Assembly: GCA_964627255.1 (NCBI GenBank)
Contig: CAZVIN010000083.1
Location: 86,114-150,113, forward strand
Direction: 5' to 3'
DNA from: an uncultured Eubacteriales bacterium
Lineage (GTDB): Bacteria; Acidobacteriota; Aminicenantia; Aminicenantales; CALLJL01
Length of the DNA: 64,000 nucleotides
Shown here: positions 1 through 8,128 of the stretch, in pieces
Numbering within the stretch: the first letter of the stretch is position 1
Layout: each line of letters begins with the position of its first letter
The notes under the pieces: generated by a model
What the model was told of the DNA's origin: nothing
What the model saw: the letters and a program-made list of their open reading frames with translations, nothing else
Databases searched by the model: none
Translations under genes and position numbers: made by a program

Positions 1-286
1 CATAGGTTTGGTTGCCGAACCGCTCATAAAGGTTGAAAATAACCACCACGCCGAATTCCTTAGCTTTAGCCGCTATCAAGTCCGACGTTGGCCCCGGAAT
101 AGTTTCTGCTAAGGAAATAGATGCCGGGTCATTTGGCCTTTGAGGGAAAAAGGGCAGGAAACTCAATTCAGGAAAAACAATAAGCTCCGCTCCCTTTTGG
201 GCCGCTTCTTGCAGGGCGGCCAAACCGCGCCTAATATTAGCCTGCTTTGAGGGCATAGCTTTCTGCTGGATTAAGGCGAGTTTCAT
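1..286 (-). CDS. Carbon-nitrogen hydrolase (nitrilase superfamily) N-terminal part; the gene continues beyond the window start
   Basis: The reverse strand from an ATG at 286-284 reads MKLALIQQKAMPSKQANIRRGLAALQEAAQKGAELIVFPELSF..., which contains the CN-hydrolase catalytic-Glu context 'LIVFPE'. The reading frame runs off the window edge. Confidence 0.55.
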   Translation of the reverse strand, partial: MKLALIQQKAMPSKQANIRRGLAALQEAAQKGAELIVFPELSFLPFFPQRPNDPASISLAETIPGPTSDLIAAKAKEFGVVVIFNLYERFGNQTY

Positions 287-444
287 CTTAAGCCTCTTTT
301 CCTAAAACCTGTTCTTAATATTAGCCGGTTTATGACGCCTAAGCAAGCTGATAAGCCAAAGAAACAGTTTTAGATAGAAGAGAACGACATTTTTAATTCT
401 TGATTGCTCTAATAAGGTCAGCTTGGATAAAATGTTAGCTTACG

Positions 445-2496
445 ATGCCCAAGCTTAGCTTTTTCCGAAGAGAAGCTCTTTTTAAAATGTTTCTTGACTT
501 ACCGCTCAGAACTAAATTCATTTTAAGTTTTCTCGTGGTTATTGGCTTCGGTGGTTTATTTTCGCTTTTCTTCGGGACGCGCTTAGAACATCGGACTATC
601 TTTTCCTTGGCCCAGGCTAAGGTTCGTCATGACCTGGATTCTGCCAGGACCGTTTATCAAGAAAAAATTAACGATATCCGCGACATCGTGCAGCTTAATT
701 CTATTCGTGACTCTATCCAACGAGCTCTTCTCAGCCAGGACCGCCAACTTCTTCTACGGCAGCTTGGCCGTATCAGGCAGGAATTCAAACTGGACATACT
801 AAACGTCGTTGATGCTCAAGGAATAGTCATGTTAAGAACGAGGAATCCTGAAATTTACGGCGACGAGTTGGCCTCCGACCCTATTATTTCTATAGCGCTC
901 AAAGGAGAGATAACGAATGGCACAGGGGTAGTATCGCGGGAAGTTCTGTTGCGTGAAGGCGAAGAGCTGGCATCGCAAGCCTATATTAAATTTATTCCGA
1001 CCCCGCGGGCTACTCCCAAGGCAGAAGACCACGAAGAAAATGGCCTGATGCTTTTAGCGGCTGCGCCGATATGGGATGGCCAGGGAAAGGTAGCCGGCGT
1101 TTTATATGGCGGCCTTCTTCTCAATCGTAATTACGGCATTGTCGACCGGGTTAAAGATATTGTCTTTAAAGGGGAGAGATATAAGGGAAAGGAAATCGGT
1201 ACGGTGACCATTTTCCAGCACGACCTCCGTATTTCAACCAATGTTACCGACGAATTCGGTGAGAGAGCTATTGGCACGAGGGCTTCTCAGGAAGTAGCCG
1301 AAACAGTCCTCGACCGGGGCGAGCCATGGATTGGCCGGGCTTTTGTCGTTAACCATTGGTACATTGCCGCTTACGAACCGATCCGAGACGTAACGGGAGC
1401 AATTATTGGAATGCTCTACGTCGGCATGTTGGAAAAGCCATATATCGACCTGAGGAACCGCGTTATGTTGACCTTTACTGGCCTTGCCGGACTCTGTGCC
1501 GTAATTCTGCTTGTTATCCTTTCGAGTATTACCTCAACTATTATTAACCCTTTGCAACGGATGGTTCAGGCAACTCAGAAGATTGCTCATGGCGAGCTTA
1601 ATCACAAGGTGGCGATTGACTGGCGAGATGAAATTGGCCAATTAGCTGAATCTTTCAACCGCATGACTGAAGACCTGAAAGCCGCCAATGAGAATTTAGT
1701 CCAGTGGAGTAAAACCTTAGAGAGAAAAGTCGAGGAAAGGACGCGAGAATTAAAGGAGATGCAGGATTATCTTATCCAGTCCGAAAAGCTGGCTTCCTTA
1801 GGCAAAATGGCCGCCGGCATTGCTCATGAAATCAACAATCCTTTGACCTCAATTTTAATTAACGCTCATCTTCTTTTGGAAAAACTGGCCAAGACCGAAA
1901 AAAAAGACGAATTTTACGAAAATCTTAGCCTCATTGCCGAAGAAACAGCGCGTTGTAGCCAAATAGTCCGTGGTTTACTCGAGTTTGCCCGGCAGAGTCC
2001 ACCCCAAAAGGATTTTATCGATATCAACGATTGGCTCGAAAAAACGGTGACGCTTCTGGAAAATAAAGCCTCGTTTCAAAACATCAAAATTGTTAAAAAT
2101 TTTGACCCGAACTTGCCGCTAATTCGGCTTGACCGTTCCAAAATTCAGCAGGTTTTTTGGAATCTGATGGTTAACGCCTGTGAAGCCATGCCCAGGGGAG
2201 GTCAATTAACTATTGTGACACAGTTGGCCGAAAATAAAAAGGCGATTGAAGTTAGCTTTATTGATAATGGAGTCGGTATTCCCGCCGAGAATCTCAATAA
2301 GATTTTCGACCCCTTTTTTACTACTAAAGCCAGCGGCACTGGCCTTGGCTTAGCTATCTGTTATGGCATTATTCAGCAGCATCAAGGTCTGATTGAGGTT
2401 AAAAGTGAAGTGGGGCGAGGAACGGTCTTTACTTTAATTTTACCCTTAGAAACCAAAAGTAATAATCAGATAACAGGAGGAACTTCTGATGACTGA
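445..2496 (+). CDS. Sensor histidine kinase (N-terminal TM, periplasmic Cache-like sensor, second TM, HAMP, HisKA, HATPase_c)
   Basis: H-box '[18 protein letters not shown]', N-box '[12 protein letters not shown]' and G-boxes 'DNGVGIP' / '[12 protein letters not shown]' are present. Two hydrophobic segments flank an extracellular domain of about 280 aa. The stop overlaps the start of the next gene by 8 nt. Confidence 0.85.
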   Translation: MPKLSFFRREALFKMFLDLPLRTKFILSFLVVIGFGGLFSLFFGTRLEHRTIFSLAQAKVRHDLDSARTVYQEKINDIRDIVQLNSIRDSIQRALLSQDRQLLLRQLGRIRQEFKLDILNVVDAQGIVMLRTRNPEIYGDELASDPIISIALKGEITNGTGVVSREVLLREGEELASQAYIKFIPTPRATPKAEDHEENGLMLLAAAPIWDGQGKVAGVLYGGLLLNRNYGIVDRVKDIVFKGERYKGKEIGTVTIFQHDLRISTNVTDEFGERAIGTRASQEVAETVLDRGEPWIGRAFVVNHWYIAAYEPIRDVTGAIIGMLYVGMLEKPYIDLRNRVMLTFTGLAGLCAVILLVILSSITSTIINPLQRMVQATQKIAHGELNHKVAIDWRDEIGQLAESFNRMTEDLKAANENLVQWSKTLERKVEERTRELKEMQDYLIQSEKLASLGKMAAGIAHEINNPLTSILINAHLLLEKLAKTEKKDEFYENLSLIAEETARCSQIVRGLLEFARQSPPQKDFIDINDWLEKTVTLLENKASFQNIKIVKNFDPNLPLIRLDRSKIQQVFWNLMVNACEAMPRGGQLTIVTQLAENKKAIEVSFIDNGVGIPAENLNKIFDPFFTTKASGTGLGLAICYGIIQQHQGLIEVKSEVGRGTVFTLILPLETKSNNQITGGTSDD

Positions 2497-3265
2497 AAAA
2501 GAGAAAAGGAAAATTCTGGTGGTTGACGATGAAATTACTGTCTGCAAAAGTATTCGCCAAGCAATACTAAGTGAGGGCCAGGAAGTGGACATGGCATTGA
2601 GCGGAGAGGAAGCCCTAACCAAAGACCGAGAGAAGCGGTATGACTTAGTTATCACCGATTTAATGATGCCAGGAATAAGCGGTCTTGACCTGTTACGGGA
2701 AATTAAAGTAGCGCATCCGGAAGTCAAAGTAGTGATGATTACTGGATATCCCACGATTAAGACAGCGGTTGAGTCAATCAAATTAGGTGCCTTTGATTAC
2801 ATCCCTAAACCATTTACGCCCGCTGAATTGAGAGCCTTAGTGGTACGAGCCCTCAAACAGGCAGAAACCGAGACTAGTACAGAAGCCACAGCGGTCGAAG
2901 CCAAAATTCCTGCTGGCTATTATTACCTCATCGGTCATACCTGGCTCAAATTAGAGACAAGTAATTATGGCCTGGTGGGAGTAACGCATGATTTTTTAAG
3001 AAGCGTCGGGATAATCATGCACCTCGAGCTTCCCAAAATTGGCGATACTCTTTCGCAAGGCGAAGTATGTGCCAAGATTACTGATGCCGACCGCTTCCAC
3101 CACCGCATCTGGTCTCCCGCTTCAGGCCGAGTAATTGAGGTAAATACTGCTTTGCTTCATGATTTCTCTTTATTGCGGCGCTCGCCCTACAACGAAGGCT
3201 ATCTATTTAAGATTGACCTCGTTGCCTTGGAGGAAGACCTAAAGGGTCTTTTGCAAGCTAAGTAG
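2489..3265 (+). CDS. Response regulator: N-terminal receiver domain fused to a C-terminal glycine-cleavage H-protein (GcvH)-like domain
   Basis: REC motifs 'ILVVDDE', 'DLVITDLMMPGISG' and 'VMITGY' are present. The C-terminal half 'GHTWLKLE...VGVTHDF...LELPKIGDTLSQGEVCAKITDADR...SPASGRVIEVNTAL...SPYNEGYLFKI' matches the GcvH fold signature (HxW, SG.V.EVN, PY..GW-like tail). Confidence 0.75.
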   Translation: MTEKEKRKILVVDDEITVCKSIRQAILSEGQEVDMALSGEEALTKDREKRYDLVITDLMMPGISGLDLLREIKVAHPEVKVVMITGYPTIKTAVESIKLGAFDYIPKPFTPAELRALVVRALKQAETETSTEATAVEAKIPAGYYYLIGHTWLKLETSNYGLVGVTHDFLRSVGIIMHLELPKIGDTLSQGEVCAKITDADRFHHRIWSPASGRVIEVNTALLHDFSLLRRSPYNEGYLFKIDLVALEEDLKGLLQAK

Positions 3266-3279
3266 CGCCTTTAATTAAA

Positions 3280-6200
3280 ATGTCACTGGCTGGGAGCCGA
3301 CCATTTTTTGATAGCGAAGAGACTTTTTCGCGAATTGTGAATTCGCTTTTAGAGGAGCTGCCCGAGCACGCCATTTTTTTCTTAAACCCGAAGGGAAATT
3401 GGCAAAAAAGCCCTCGCAGCTGGGAAGAGAGAATAAACCATGAATTCCTTTACCGCCTGAAAACAGAAGCGCCGATTGTCCGGAAAAATTTTATTCAAAT
3501 AACATATGGTTGTCTTAAGAACCCTGATTTTTTATCTCTGGTCCAAAAAATTAGCTCGCTTTGGCTGGAATCTTCATTTCCCTTAGAGAATTGGCTGACC
3601 CTGCCCCCCGAATTGCAAGAAGAGCTAAGGCCTTCCATTCTAAGTGCGGTTTGGAATCAGAAACGGTTTAGCGAGGACGCGAGGATTTTTATAAATTTTA
3701 TCCGACTCGTAACTAATATAATTTTATCCCGTTGTTTAGAACTAAATAGTACTCTTCCTGTTCCTGATTGGGACGTTCAGGTTCGGGAGGTCAAGTCATA
3801 TTTCTGGCACAGAAGACGGGCCTGGGAGGAAGGAGAAGCGGGTCGTTTTTCTTTGAAAGAAAAAGAGCTTTTTTTTGAGCTACGCCAGATTATCGCGGGT
3901 TCGCTGGCTGGCCTAATTGCTCCGATTGCGCAATTAGTGGCTGAAGAGCAAAGAATTTCCTTAATTTTAGTTAATCTTTTTCGAAAGCTTAAAACATCGT
4001 CGGACAAAGAAGAGATTTATCAGACAATTATCGAGAAATGGCGGCCAGCTATGGGAATAGTCGCCAACCTCTCTTCCTCTCTTTTCTTTCTTTCTCTTTG
4101 TCTTTTAATTCTTCCCGATATTGAGTTATCCAGCGGCCTCCAATACGCGGCCTCGGTAAACCTTAGCCTGTTTCGTGATAAACGTTCTACTGACTATTTG
4201 CTTTATGCCTTAGAAAAATTGCCGATAATCAACACTAAAATAAGGGAAAACATTATTTACACCCTTGGCTGTTTAAAGGAAGCGAGAGCTGTGCCGCTTG
4301 TAGCGCAAATTTTAGAACAACCCGATTTTTGGCCTGAGTCTGATTTAAAAGAAGCCAGAATTTGCCCGCTGCAAGAGCAAAAAGAAGAAGCTATCTGGGC
4401 CTTAGGAAAGATTGGCTTGGCCGCGGTCAAAGCAATCCCCATCCTTTCTTTTTATGCTGAACACCCCTCGGCTAAACTAAAAACTTATTTGGCCTGGGCT
4501 TTGGGTGAGATTGGTCGGGCTCAAAAGGAAAATTCTGGCGGAATAAGCGCTGACCTGCTGATAGCCCTCCTAAGACTGCTCAAGGAAAAAAATAAAGAGG
4601 TTTTCGAAGAGGCCACGAGTGCCTTGAAAAAAATTCAAATGCCCGAGTTTATCCACAATCTTTATCTTTATCATGTGGGGGCAGTCAACCTTTTGAGTTT
4701 AAAGCCAGCCACTACTGGACTTAATGAGCTTTCTGCAACCCTAAATCATTTATTGACCAAGAAGAAAAGGACAGTGATGGTGGTAACAGGAGATTCAGGG
4801 ACGGGGAAAACCTATTTTTGTCAGGTTCTGGCTAAAGGTCTGGCTGGCGTCAAGCCGGCGGAAATTCTTTATCTCATGCGAGATTCTAAAAACGGCCGAA
4901 AAATCTTTAACCGTCTTTTAGGCCTAAACTGGCTCAAGCGCTATATTGACCCGGCCTATTATCAGCCTGAATTGACTGACGAGACTACCGCTGACTCTGA
5001 GACCTTTTGGTCGAGCTTTTTAGAGACTCATAAAGATAAAAAATTCATTTTACTCGATGGTTGCCGGGACCGTCATTATTTCCAGCGAGTTGTTGACCTG
5101 TTTTATGAAAGAGGCGAACTCGACGTGGTTGTCAACTTTAGGGCCAATTTCTCCACCCGCCGTCTTAACCTCGAAGCCAGAGAGGTGGCTTTAGAAAGCG
5201 TCCGGCTTCACCTTTCTTTTCTCGAAGAACCGGCTCTGGAGGACACGTATTTCTATCAAGAGGGAAAAACGATCCTTTATGACCTGGATAATTCGGAAAA
5301 TTCGCGGCTCAATCAGGACGAAATAACCGAGCTCTTTTCTCCGAGAGTGATTCCTCGCTGGGAGGAGTTTATTCAGCTCGGCACTTTTAAATATGAACAA
5401 AACATCCCCCTTACCTCTGAAGAAAAAATAGATTCTCAAGAGGCTTCATTGCAAGCTGAGGTTTCTGAGTGGCCAGAATCTCAAGTGTCCTCGCTTCGGC
5501 CAGAAGAACAAATACTAACAATTCAGTTGAATGAAGCTCTCGCCGCCGAACCCAATTTGCTTTACATTCTACCTTTGACCAAGTTAAAGCCGGAGCGGCT
5601 TCAATTTTATGCTCAAGAACAAGTTGGCGGTGTCGATGAAGACGGTGCAATTTTTGTTCTAACTCTTCTTGACCATCGTCTCTTCCGCGTGCCACTGCAC
5701 CCGAAGCCCGCGACTTTTGCTATCCTCAATCAAGCTTTCTACTTAGTGGATGAATTGGGTGGCCTAGTGAGTGTTTCTTTGGAAAAAGAAGAAAAAATTA
5801 ATTATCGCCTCTCAGGGTCAGCTATTTCTGGTCTTGCCGCCATCCCGCCCGACTGTATTTTAGCGGCGGAAAAAAATGGCCTAATTCGGCTTTGGAACTT
5901 CGAAGAAAAGAAACAGGAGCGTTTAAACCTGGAGGTTGGGCCTATTAACTCCCTGGCCTCGGCCCCAGGAAGAAATGTCTATTTATCCACGGCGACGGAT
6001 ATTATTTGTTTAAATTGGGAAAAAGGGGTCATTAATCGGATGCGCTTAGCAGGTGAGACGCCTAAATCTATTTATACTGTATCGAAGGACAAAATTATAG
6101 CCGTGGTGAGCAGAAAAAATGACACTGAATGGGGCCTGAGGTTTATTAATTTTGATCGAGGGGTGGGCACGACTCTTTGGCTTCCTGGGACCAAAAGGAT

Positions 6201-6486
6201 AAAGACCTTAGCCCCTCTTTTAGACGGCCGGGTGGTTATTATTTGCCAACAGGATAGTAAATCATTCAATGAAGGCCCCACTCTTTTTGTTCTAAATCCA
6301 GAAGGAGATTATTTTTCATTAGCCAGAGTAAATAGACGGCCCATTGAGATAAATGACCTGCTTATTTTAGGCCCAAGAATTCTAACGTGTGGTCTCGAAT
6401 CCAACGGTCAAGGTTCTTTTCGCCTCTGGGGAAGCGAATTTTTTGTCCGAGCGGAAAGAAGTAAACTAAAAATTAAGCCCTTTTAA
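3280..6486 (+). CDS. Large multidomain protein: N-terminal helical region, HEAT/PBS-lyase-like repeats, PRK/uridine-kinase-like P-loop domain, C-terminal WD40-like beta-propeller
   Basis: HEAT-like repeats occur around 'EARAVPLVAQILEQPDF...EAIWALGKIGLAAVKAIPIL...LKTYLAWALGEIGRA' (about nt 4240-4640). Walker A 'VVTGDSGTGKTYF' (nt ~4786-4815) resembles the phosphoribulokinase/uridine-kinase motif GDSG(C/S)GK(S/T)TF. The C-terminal ~330 aa contain WD-like strands ('NGLIRLWNFEEKK', 'GSFRLWGSEFF'). The gene sits 15 nt downstream of the response regulator gene. Confidence 0.7.
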   Translation: MSLAGSRPFFDSEETFSRIVNSLLEELPEHAIFFLNPKGNWQKSPRSWEERINHEFLYRLKTEAPIVRKNFIQITYGCLKNPDFLSLVQKISSLWLESSFPLENWLTLPPELQEELRPSILSAVWNQKRFSEDARIFINFIRLVTNIILSRCLELNSTLPVPDWDVQVREVKSYFWHRRRAWEEGEAGRFSLKEKELFFELRQIIAGSLAGLIAPIAQLVAEEQRISLILVNLFRKLKTSSDKEEIYQTIIEKWRPAMGIVANLSSSLFFLSLCLLILPDIELSSGLQYAASVNLSLFRDKRSTDYLLYALEKLPIINTKIRENIIYTLGCLKEARAVPLVAQILEQPDFWPESDLKEARICPLQEQKEEAIWALGKIGLAAVKAIPILSFYAEHPSAKLKTYLAWALGEIGRAQKENSGGISADLLIALLRLLKEKNKEVFEEATSALKKIQMPEFIHNLYLYHVGAVNLLSLKPATTGLNELSATLNHLLTKKKRTVMVVTGDSGTGKTYFCQVLAKGLAGVKPAEILYLMRDSKNGRKIFNRLLGLNWLKRYIDPAYYQPELTDETTADSETFWSSFLETHKDKKFILLDGCRDRHYFQRVVDLFYERGELDVVVNFRANFSTRRLNLEAREVALESVRLHLSFLEEPALEDTYFYQEGKTILYDLDNSENSRLNQDEITELFSPRVIPRWEEFIQLGTFKYEQNIPLTSEEKIDSQEASLQAEVSEWPESQVSSLRPEEQILTIQLNEALAAEPNLLYILPLTKLKPERLQFYAQEQVGGVDEDGAIFVLTLLDHRLFRVPLHPKPATFAILNQAFYLVDELGGLVSVSLEKEEKINYRLSGSAISGLAAIPPDCILAAEKNGLIRLWNFEEKKQERLNLEVGPINSLASAPGRNVYLSTATDIICLNWEKGVINRMRLAGETPKSIYTVSKDKIIAVVSRKNDTEWGLRFINFDRGVGTTLWLPGTKRIKTLAPLLDGRVVIICQQDSKSFNEGPTLFVLNPEGDYFSLARVNRRPIEINDLLILGPRILTCGLESNGQGSFRLWGSEFFVRAERSKLKIKPF

Positions 6487-6557
6487 TTTTCATATTTTTG
6501 TAAAATAAGCTGCAAAGCTAATCACTTTGAATTTTCGAGCCCACAAGAAGGAATATT

Positions 6558-7946
6558 TTACAGAGAGCGAAATGACTCTATCTCTTCTATTGATTTTGGG
6601 ATTCTTTTGCCCAACACCCGATGCCCCTGAGGTGTGACCAAAACATCATCTTCAATCCGAATACCGCCAAAATTAATATAATCCATTACTTTCTCATAAT
6701 TAATGAAAGCGGTGTGTTTCTTTTCTTTCTTCCATTTAGCAATGAGGGCGGGAATAAAATAAATGCCAGGTTCAACTGTTAGCACAAAGCCTGGCTCTAA
6801 CTTCCTTGCCAGGCGGAGGTAAGCTAAGCCGAACTGGTCGCTGCGCTGGAAGGATTCATCATAACCCACATATTTTTCTCCCAAACCCTCCATATCATGG
6901 ACATCTAAACCGAGCATATGGCCCAAGCCATGAGGAAAGAAAAGGGCGTGGGCGCCAGCGGCAATCGCTTCTTCCACCTCGCCTTTCATCAAGCCTACAT
7001 CTTTTAGGCCCGAAGCTATAACCCGGCAGGCCTGAAGATGAACGTCTTTATAAGGAATTCCGGGTTTAATGGCCAAGATAGCTGTTTCTTGAGCTTGCAG
7101 GACTATTTCGTAAATATCTCGCTGTTTCCGGGTAAATTTCCAGCCAACGGGTAAAGTCCTGGTAATATCTGAGGCATAATGCTCCTTGGATTCAACGCCG
7201 GCATCCATAACCAGCAGTTTCCCCCTCTCTAAACGATGGCTATGCTCATGATTATGCAGAATCTGGCCATTAATGGTTAAAATTATAGGAAAAGCCTGGT
7301 GACATCCCTGGCTTAAGCCCACAGCTTCCATGGCGGCCACCAATTCCCATTCCAGCCTTCCAGGCTGAGCCATTTTCATGCCCGCAAGATACATCTCACG
7401 GGTTAAACTGAGAGCCGCCTCGATTTCCTTTACCTCTAACTCATCTTTAACGGCTCTTAAAGCCACTGTAGCTTTGATCAATTCTTCGGAGGCTCCCGTT
7501 TTGATTTCTTTGGGCGATTTTTTTAAAAGTTGGGCTAAATCAACCACCGTCTCTGAGCGATAAGGCGGGAGATAATGCACCCGACGACCAGCAGCAAGAG
7601 CTTTTTCTATGAATGGCTCTATTTCCTTAAGAGGTAGAACTTCTTTGATGCCAGCTTTTCTTGCCTTTTCAGTTAATTTGGGCTGATGGCCCATCCAGAT
7701 AATGTCTTCTAAGGAAAGTTCATTGCCAAAAATAATTTCTTTGCCTTCATCGAAATCAATCAGACCGACCAAGTCCGGACTATCTATGCCGAAAAAATAG
7801 AGGAAGGAACTATCTTGTCGGAAATGATACGTATTAGCCGGATAATTCATCGGGGCCTCTTTATTACCCCAGAAAAGAGCCAAACCCGAACCTAATTTCT
7901 TTTTTAAGGCTTCACGGCGTTGCCGATAAACTTTGCTTTCAAACAT
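6558..7946 (-). CDS. pepP: Xaa-Pro aminopeptidase / prolidase (peptidase M24B)
   Basis: M24 metal-ligand context 'HGLGHMLGLDVHD', 'VLTVEPGIYF' and 'IRIEDDVLVT' is present, with an N-terminal creatinase_N-like region. Confidence 0.85.
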   Translation of the reverse strand: MFESKVYRQRREALKKKLGSGLALFWGNKEAPMNYPANTYHFRQDSSFLYFFGIDSPDLVGLIDFDEGKEIIFGNELSLEDIIWMGHQPKLTEKARKAGIKEVLPLKEIEPFIEKALAAGRRVHYLPPYRSETVVDLAQLLKKSPKEIKTGASEELIKATVALRAVKDELEVKEIEAALSLTREMYLAGMKMAQPGRLEWELVAAMEAVGLSQGCHQAFPIILTINGQILHNHEHSHRLERGKLLVMDAGVESKEHYASDITRTLPVGWKFTRKQRDIYEIVLQAQETAILAIKPGIPYKDVHLQACRVIASGLKDVGLMKGEVEEAIAAGAHALFFPHGLGHMLGLDVHDMEGLGEKYVGYDESFQRSDQFGLAYLRLARKLEPGFVLTVEPGIYFIPALIAKWKKEKKHTAFINYEKVMDYINFGGIRIEDDVLVTPQGHRVLGKRIPKSIEEIESFRSL

Positions 7947-8128
7947 ATTAATACCTCCCTTAACCGAGATGAAAGGAGTTTTATATCAAATTATCCGAAA
8001 CATCGCAAGTTGAATTAAATATTGTGGACAAAATATCACATTTTATGCTGATAGGACCAGAGAAATACGAATAAGTTTTTTTAAATTTTATCTTTTCCTT
8101 ATTGAAGGGACTAAGATTGAATTATCAT

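Noticed and set aside
832-1032. Small antisense or out-of-frame ORFs inside annotated genes (for example 832-1032, 8885-9322, 26562-27464, 43399-43711, 50228-50961)
   Set aside because: They lie entirely within longer, motif-supported genes on the other strand or frame, are short, and have no motifs.
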